DNA from: Bacteroides sp. UBA1773
Lineage (GTDB): Bacteria; Bacteroidota; Bacteroidia; Bacteroidales; Bacteroidaceae
NCBI GenBank assembly: GCA_002315285.1
Contig: DCGR01000097.1
Coordinates: 2,447-66,446 of the forward strand
Length of the DNA: 64,000 nt
Direction: 5' to 3'
Shown: positions 58,106 to 64,000 of the stretch, piece after piece
How positions within the stretch are numbered: position 1 is the first letter of the stretch
Layout of the letters: every line of letters starts with the position of its first letter
Notes under the pieces: model-generated
The model's database searches: none
What the model was told of the DNA's origin: nothing
What the model saw: only the letters and a program-made list of their open reading frames with translations
Position numbers and translations under genes: made by a program

Positions 58106-59131
58106 ATGGAAGATATCAACATTCGTGAACATCAACTCAGCAGCAAAGAGCGGGACTTCGAGAACGCACTCCGCCCCCTGGCATTCGGTGACTTTGCCGG
58201 ACAGGAACAAGTGGTGAACAACCTGCGCATTTTCGTGAAGGCTGCCCGCCTGCGCGCCGAAGCTCTCGACCACGTGCTTCTGCACGGCCCTCCCGGACTG
58301 GGAAAGACCACACTGAGCAACATCATCGCCAATGAGTTGGGAGTGGGGTTCAAGGTCACCTCCGGTCCTGTGCTCGACAAGCCAGGCGATCTGGCCGGAC
58401 TGCTCACCAGCCTGGAGCCCAACGACGTGCTTTTCATCGACGAGATTCACCGACTGAGCCCCATTGTGGAAGAGTATCTGTACTCCGCCATGGAGGATTA
58501 TCGCATCGACATCATGATTGACAAGGGACCCTCTGCACGTAGCATACAACTCGAACTGAGTCCCTTCACTTTGGTTGGCGCCACTACACGCAGCGGACTG
58601 CTCACCGCACCACTCCGCGCCCGCTTTGGCATCAACCTCCATTTGGAGTACTACGACGACAAGGTGCTCAGTGGCATCGTCACCCGCTCGGCGAACATCC
58701 TCAATATCCCCATCGATGCACAGGCATCCGACGAAATCGCACGCCGCAGCCGCGGAACGCCTCGTATCGCCAACGCGTTGCTACGCCGTGTCCGCGATTT
58801 TGCCCAAGTGAAAGGCTCCGGACGTATCGACCTCGACATCACGCGCTTTGCCCTTGAAGCACTCAACATCGACCGCTATGGCCTCGACGAGATTGACAAC
58901 AAGTTGCTATGCACCATCATAGACAAGTTTGGCGGTGGACCCGTGGGACTTTCCACCATAGCCACTGCTCTGGGCGAGGATGCGGGCACAGTGGAAGAAG
59001 TGTATGAACCGTTCCTCATCAAGGAAGGATTCCTCAAACGTACGCCACGCGGTCGTGAGGTCACCGAATTGGCTTATAAGCATTTAGGAAGAAGCATTTT
59101 TAAGAACCGACAAGGCGACTTGTTTGGATAA
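58106..59131 (+). CDS. ruvB: Holliday junction branch migration helicase RuvB
   Basis: [57 protein letters not shown]. Confidence 0.95.
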   Translation: MEDINIREHQLSSKERDFENALRPLAFGDFAGQEQVVNNLRIFVKAARLRAEALDHVLLHGPPGLGKTTLSNIIANELGVGFKVTSGPVLDKPGDLAGLLTSLEPNDVLFIDEIHRLSPIVEEYLYSAMEDYRIDIMIDKGPSARSIQLELSPFTLVGATTRSGLLTAPLRARFGINLHLEYYDDKVLSGIVTRSANILNIPIDAQASDEIARRSRGTPRIANALLRRVRDFAQVKGSGRIDLDITRFALEALNIDRYGLDEIDNKLLCTIIDKFGGGPVGLSTIATALGEDAGTVEEVYEPFLIKEGFLKRTPRGREVTELAYKHLGRSIFKNRQGDLFG

Positions 59132-59140
59132 AGTCATAAT

Positions 59141-60562
59141 ATGAGCAAATTGGCATCGTTGGCCAAGGACACTGCCATCTATGGACTGAGCAGCATCGTT
59201 GGCCGTTTCTTGAACTACTGGTTAGTGCCGCTCTACACCCGCGTCATGCCCGCCAACGAAGGCGGATATGGAGTAGTGACCGAAGTGTATGCTTGGACCG
59301 CCTTTTGGCTGGTCATACTGACCTTCGGCATGGAAACCACCTTTTTCCGATTCGCCAACAAGGAAGAAGGCCAATCGCCACAGGTCTATGCCACCACACT
59401 GAAACTTGTGGGAGGTGTATGCCTGCTGTTCGTTGCTTTGGGACTGTGCTTCCTGCAACCCATTTCTGGAGCAATGGGCTATGCCAACCACCCATGGTGG
59501 ATAGGACTGATGATGATGGTCGTAGCCATGGATTCTTTCCAGTGCATCCCATTCGCCTATTTGCGCTTTCGGAAACGTCCCTGGCATTTCGCATCGCTCA
59601 AGCTACTCGGCATCGTAGTAAACATCGTGGCCAACCTCATCTACTACGTGTGTATGGGAGGACGCGACATCGGCATGGTGTTTGTCATCAACTTCGGATG
59701 CACCGCCCTTACCATGATTCTGTTGCTACCACAGCTCCATTTTCACGAACCGTTCGACAAGTCACTCGTCCGCCACATGCTCCGCTACTCGTTTCCTCTC
59801 CTGCTACTTGGCATGGCCGGCATACTGAACCAAGTGGCCGACAAGATGATTTTCAAGCACATCTATCCCAGCACCGATGGCGAGATTCAACTGGGCATCT
59901 ATGGAGCTGCCACTAAGATAGCCATGATCATGGCCATGCTCACACAAGCCTTCCGCTATGCCTACGAGCCCTTCGTGTTTGGCCGCTCACACGACACCGA
60001 CAAGAACCTCATGTATGCCAACACCATGAAGTATTTCGTCATCTTCACCCTGCTGGCTTTCCTCACCGTAGTGTGCTACATCGACATTCTGAAGTACATC
60101 ATCGATTCACACTACTGGGAGGGGCTCAAGGTTGTCCCCATCGTAATGGCAGCCGAAATCATGATGGGCGTTTATTTCAACCTCTCATTTTGGTACAAGC
60201 TCACCGATGAGACCCACTGGGGAGCCGTGTTCAGCTTCGTGGGTTGTGCTGTTCTCATTATCGTCAACCTCGTGTTCGTACCCCGTTACGGCTACATGGC
60301 ATGTGCCTGGGCCGGTTGCTGTGGTTATGCCTCCGCCATGTTGCTCAGTTACTTCGTGGGGCAGCAACGCTACCCCATACCCTACCCGCTCAAGCAGATA
60401 GGCCTCTATGCGGTGCTGGCAGCAGCTATCCACACCACCACCACTCTGTTGCCGCCCATGAGTCTGTGGCTTGCACTGATTGTCAACACCCTACTGCTAT
60501 GTGGTTTTGCTGCCGTAGTGGTACGACGTGAATTTTGGTATGTATTACGTAAAAAGAAATGA
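59141..60562 (+). CDS. MOP-superfamily polysaccharide/oligosaccharide flippase (Wzx-like)
   Basis: 473 aa with about 12-14 TM helices and the typical N-terminus AKDTAIYGLSSIVGRFLNY. Confidence 0.65.
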   Translation: MSKLASLAKDTAIYGLSSIVGRFLNYWLVPLYTRVMPANEGGYGVVTEVYAWTAFWLVILTFGMETTFFRFANKEEGQSPQVYATTLKLVGGVCLLFVALGLCFLQPISGAMGYANHPWWIGLMMMVVAMDSFQCIPFAYLRFRKRPWHFASLKLLGIVVNIVANLIYYVCMGGRDIGMVFVINFGCTALTMILLLPQLHFHEPFDKSLVRHMLRYSFPLLLLGMAGILNQVADKMIFKHIYPSTDGEIQLGIYGAATKIAMIMAMLTQAFRYAYEPFVFGRSHDTDKNLMYANTMKYFVIFTLLAFLTVVCYIDILKYIIDSHYWEGLKVVPIVMAAEIMMGVYFNLSFWYKLTDETHWGAVFSFVGCAVLIIVNLVFVPRYGYMACAWAGCCGYASAMLLSYFVGQQRYPIPYPLKQIGLYAVLAAAIHTTTTLLPPMSLWLALIVNTLLLCGFAAVVVRREFWYVLRKKK

Positions 60563-61110
60563 AACACATAGGAATATTTTGTTCCGCATCGGGAATCCTC
60601 GACGAAGTCTATAAGACCACAACCTCGAAACTGGGCACCTGGATAGGCCAGCAAGGCATGACACTTATCTACGGTGGTAGCAACGTGGGACTCATGGAAA
60701 TCATGGCCAGTGCCGCCCACCAAGCCGGTGCCAAAGTGGTAGGTGTTTATCCACGCTTCATGCTCGACCGCAACCAACCATCGCAACATGTCACCGAATG
60801 TATTCTCACTGATAATCTGAGCGAACGCAAGGACATCATGTGCGAGCGTGCCGACGTGCTTGTGGCGTTGCCCGGAGGCTTGGGTACACTCGATGAAGTG
60901 TTCCACACCATCGCCGGTTACATTCTAAGCCGCCACTCCAAGCAAGTCATCTTCTTCAACCAAGGCGGATTCTACAACCATCTGCTGGCTTTCCTCGACC
61001 AACTCGACCAACAGCATTTCACCCGTATGCCGCAACACGAGTATTGCACCGTAGCCAACACCCTCGACGAACTTTTTGCGCTACTCTCGCCCACCGCTCA
61101 TGAACACTGA
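60559..61110 (+). CDS. LOG-family (TIGR00730-type) Rossmann-fold nucleotide-binding protein
   Basis: YGGSNVGLMEIMA and LPGGLGTLDEVFH motifs. Confidence 0.75.
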   Translation: MKHIGIFCSASGILDEVYKTTTSKLGTWIGQQGMTLIYGGSNVGLMEIMASAAHQAGAKVVGVYPRFMLDRNQPSQHVTECILTDNLSERKDIMCERADVLVALPGGLGTLDEVFHTIAGYILSRHSKQVIFFNQGGFYNHLLAFLDQLDQQHFTRMPQHEYCTVANTLDELFALLSPTAHEH

Positions 61111-62179
61111 TCGCATTCTCGTAGGCATAAGTGGAGGCATCGACAGTACCGCAACCTGTCTCATGCTACAGCAACAAGGTTTTGAGGTCGTGGGCATGAC
61201 CATGCTCACCACTCCTCAAGCCGATGCCCGCGATGCCATAGACGTGGCGTGCAAGCTCTCCATCGAACATCATGTAGTCGATGTACGACAAGAATTTCAC
61301 GACACCATCATCGATTATTTCATACGCGAATACCTGCAAGGGCGCACTCCAAACCCTTGCGCCCGTTGCAACCCGCTTTTCAAGGAACGCCTACTATGCG
61401 AATGGGCCGACCACACACACTGCCAGCGTATGGCCACCGGACACTATTGCCGCTTGCAACGCATCGACGGGCAATGGCATGTGCGTCAAGGAGTCGATGC
61501 CACCAAGGACCAGTCGTATTTCCTTTGGCAACTTCCACAACACATGCTCAGCCGACTGCTCTTTCCGCTCGGCGAACTCACCAAACAACAAGTACGCCAA
61601 TATCTGGAAGAAAAAGGATTCGAAGCGAAAGCCCATGAAGGCGAAAGCATGGAGGTGTGCTTCATCCCTACCGACTATCGCGACTTCCTGCGTCGGGAAT
61701 GTCCCGACATCGACCAGCGCATCGGTCCGGGCCGGTTTGTCAACAAGCAAGGCGTAGCCATAGGCACCCACGAAGGTTTCCCATTCTACACCGTTGGCCA
61801 GCGCAAAGGCCTACACATAGCCTTGGGCGAACCTGCCTACGTACTACGGATCAATGCGGAGAAAAACACTGTCATGTTGGGCACGGCCGCCGACCTCGAA
61901 GCGTCCTTCATGGTGTGCCAACCTCCACAGGGGCACACTGAGCTCATCCTACACCATCCCCGACTCACCGTACGCATCCGCTACCGCAGCCAAGCACTGC
62001 CCTGCCACACACGACTGCTCCCCGACGGCCGTCTCCTCGTGCGTTTCCTCACACCCGCCTCAGCCATCACCCCCGGACAGTCGGCAGTGTTCTACGCCGA
62101 TGACTGCGTGCTGGGTGGAGCCTACATAGACTCACAACGAGGCATACTCAAATTAGCATCTGAAAACAACGACCTATGA
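61100..62179 (+). CDS. mnmA: tRNA 2-thiouridine(34) synthase
   Basis: The ATG at 61100 gives MNTDRILVGISGGIDST (PP-loop). NPCARCN and KDQSYFLW follow. Confidence 0.85.
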   Translation: MNTDRILVGISGGIDSTATCLMLQQQGFEVVGMTMLTTPQADARDAIDVACKLSIEHHVVDVRQEFHDTIIDYFIREYLQGRTPNPCARCNPLFKERLLCEWADHTHCQRMATGHYCRLQRIDGQWHVRQGVDATKDQSYFLWQLPQHMLSRLLFPLGELTKQQVRQYLEEKGFEAKAHEGESMEVCFIPTDYRDFLRRECPDIDQRIGPGRFVNKQGVAIGTHEGFPFYTVGQRKGLHIALGEPAYVLRINAEKNTVMLGTAADLEASFMVCQPPQGHTELILHHPRLTVRIRYRSQALPCHTRLLPDGRLLVRFLTPASAITPGQSAVFYADDCVLGGAYIDSQRGILKLASENNDL

Positions 62180-63402
62180 ACGAACTTCCAAATACACATA
62201 CCCTCCCCAACGGGCTACGCATCATCCACTACCCTACCTCCTCGCCCGTAGCCTATTGCGGCTATGCTGTCGATGCCGGCACACGCGACGAAGCCCCCGA
62301 CGAGCAAGGCATGGCCCACTTCGTGGAACACCTCATCTTCAAGGGCACCACCCGACGCCATGCCTGGCACATCCTCAACCGAATGGAAAACGTAGGCGGC
62401 GACCTCAACGCATTCACCAACAAGGAGGAGACCATCATCTACAGTGCTTTCCTTTGCGAACATTTCCTACGCGCCACCGAACTGCTCACCGACATCGTGT
62501 TCCATAGCACCTTCCCGCAACACGAGATAGAGAAGGAAGTGGAGGTCATCGTAGAGGAAATCGAAAGCTACGAAGACTCCCCGTCCGAACTCATCTTCGA
62601 CGACTTCGAAGAACTCCTCTTTCCCAACCACCCGCTTGGCCGCAACATCCTGGGCCGACCTGAGCAGCTCCGCACTTACAACACCTCCGATGCGCTACGT
62701 TTCACACAACGTTACTATGTGCCACAAAACATGGCGTTCTTCGTCTATGGCAACATCTCTTTCAAGAAGATTGTCCGAACGATCGAGGCCAACATCTCCG
62801 ACCTGCCTGCATCACCACTCGCTTCAAAGCGTCAGCCACCACTGCCCTACACACCAGGCCACGCCATCGCCCATCGCGACACTCACCAAGCTCACGTCAT
62901 GATAGGCTGCCGAGGCTACGACGCACACGATAGCCGACGCACCCCACTCTACCTGCTCAACAACATCCTTGGAGGCCCTGGAATGAACAGCTGGCTCAAC
63001 GTGTCGCTACGCGAGAAACGCGGACTGGTGTATAACGTCGAAGCCAATCTCAACGCCTACACAGACACTGGCGTGTTCAGCATCTACTTCGGATGCGACA
63101 CACACGACACTGACCAATGCATGTCACTCGTAAGCAAAGAACTACAACGACTGCGCGAGAAACCACTCAGCGATGTCCGTCTGCGAGCCGCCAAGAAACA
63201 AATCATCGGACAAATCGGAGTGGCTGGCGACAACACCGAGAACATAGCCCTCGACATGGGCAAGACCTTTCTCCACTATGGTCGCTACGACAGTCAGGCC
63301 GAAGTGTTCCGACGCATCAACAACATCACCTCCCGGCAACTGTGGGAAGTGAGCAACGAACTCCTTTCTTCCGACAACCTCTCCACGCTCATCTACCGAT
63401 AG
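62176..63402 (+). CDS. M16-family (pitrilysin-like) zinc peptidase
   Basis: Inverted zinc motif GMAHFVEHLIFKGT (HxxEH). 408 aa. Confidence 0.8.
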   Translation: MNELPNTHTLPNGLRIIHYPTSSPVAYCGYAVDAGTRDEAPDEQGMAHFVEHLIFKGTTRRHAWHILNRMENVGGDLNAFTNKEETIIYSAFLCEHFLRATELLTDIVFHSTFPQHEIEKEVEVIVEEIESYEDSPSELIFDDFEELLFPNHPLGRNILGRPEQLRTYNTSDALRFTQRYYVPQNMAFFVYGNISFKKIVRTIEANISDLPASPLASKRQPPLPYTPGHAIAHRDTHQAHVMIGCRGYDAHDSRRTPLYLLNNILGGPGMNSWLNVSLREKRGLVYNVEANLNAYTDTGVFSIYFGCDTHDTDQCMSLVSKELQRLREKPLSDVRLRAAKKQIIGQIGVAGDNTENIALDMGKTFLHYGRYDSQAEVFRRINNITSRQLWEVSNELLSSDNLSTLIYR

Positions 63403-63449
63403 CATTCTGATGAATACCGACAACAAACCATCAATAACAATAAAAAATC

Positions 63450-64000
63450 ATGACAAAGAAAATCCTATTACTCGGATCGGGCGAACTCGGCAAGGAGTTC
63501 GTCATTGCCTGCAAGCGCAAAGGACAGTATGTCGTTGCTTGCGACTCGTATGCCGGTGCACCTGCCATGCAGGTGGCCGACGATTGTGAAGTGTTCAGCA
63601 TGCTCGACGGCGATGCCCTCGAGGCCGCCGTGAAGAAGCATCAACCCGACATCATCGTGCCCGAAATCGAAGCCATCCGCACCGAACGCCTCTACGATTT
63701 CGAGAAGCAAGGCATCCAGGTAGTACCCTCGGCACGCGCTGTCAACTTCACCATGAACCGCAAGGCCATCCGCGACCTCGCCGCCAAGGAACTCGGACTC
63801 AAGACCGCCCGCTACTTCTATGCCAAGTCGCTCGACGAACTCCGAGAAGCCGCCCGAAAGATAGGCTTCCCCTGCGTGGTGAAACCCCTCATGTCGTCAT
63901 CGGGCAAGGGACAGTCGGTTGTGAGGAACGCCGATGAACTGCAACAGGCATGGGAGTACGGATGCAGCGGCAGCCGTGGCGACATTGCCGAAATGATCAT
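63450..64000 (+). CDS. purT: Formate-dependent phosphoribosylglycinamide formyltransferase; 3' end outside the window
   Basis: ATG at 63450. [25 protein letters not shown]..., [19 protein letters not shown]-grasp motif. The frame stays open to the window edge. Confidence 0.8.
   Translation, partial: MTKKILLLGSGELGKEFVIACKRKGQYVVACDSYAGAPAMQVADDCEVFSMLDGDALEAAVKKHQPDIIVPEIEAIRTERLYDFEKQGIQVVPSARAVNFTMNRKAIRDLAAKELGLKTARYFYAKSLDELREAARKIGFPCVVKPLMSSSGKGQSVVRNADELQQAWEYGCSGSRGDIAEMI

Noticed and set aside
1-64000. CRISPR arrays, rRNA genes, IS elements or transposases, prophage genes and toxin-antitoxin pairs.
   Set aside because: I saw no direct-repeat/spacer periodicity, rRNA-like sequence, DDE/HUH/recombinase motifs or phage structural genes on either strand.

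Overview
This is a 64-kb chromosomal segment that looks Bacteroidota (Bacteroidales, Prevotella/Bacteroides-like). The taxon call rests on three things. About a dozen genes are preceded by the Bacteroides-type -7 promoter box TAnnTTTG, several with a TTTG about 20 nt upstream. MurF and alanine racemase are fused. A TamB/BamA-family pair, a GSCFA gene and a DUF4491 gene are present. All calls come from reading the translations and DNA by eye; no similarity search was run.

I call about 49 protein genes, 2 tRNAs (Arg-CCT, Gln-CTG), several hairpin terminators and promoter boxes. I see no rRNA, CRISPR array, transposase or integrase.

Core housekeeping genes: korAB, manA, trkHA, dxs, murF-alr, typA, rpsO, tamB plus a BamA-like gene, ade, argB, aroK, topA, an lrp-like regulator, sufE, ruvB, mnmA, an M16 peptidase and purT.

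Two accessory surface-glycan regions stand out:
- 1-11.7 kb is one tightly packed minus-strand array. It runs GH29 fucosidase, a cytidylyltransferase::GHMP-kinase fusion, a 388-aa orphan, a secreted propeller-like protein, a CapD-type dehydratase, a pRiA4b-ORF3-like 650-aa protein, an epimerase carrying an in-frame palindromic mini-insertion, and a CapF/FnlB-like reductase.
- 27.5-33.7 kb holds Wza, Wzc (with an expanded GY tyrosine cluster), a PHP tyrosine phosphatase and a LamG-domain secreted protein.

The most novel-looking candidates are the fucosidase-linked cytidylyltransferase::GHMP fusion operon, the in-frame hairpin insertion in the epimerase, and a 963-aa PD-(D/E)xK nuclease plus SF1 helicase that is translationally coupled to two exported enzymes.

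The ORF track renders TTG/GTG starts as M. Several 5' ends were therefore moved to the first ATG that fits a signal peptide, a conserved N-terminus, a promoter box or a gene junction. Coordinates of short DNA motifs may be off by 1 nt.
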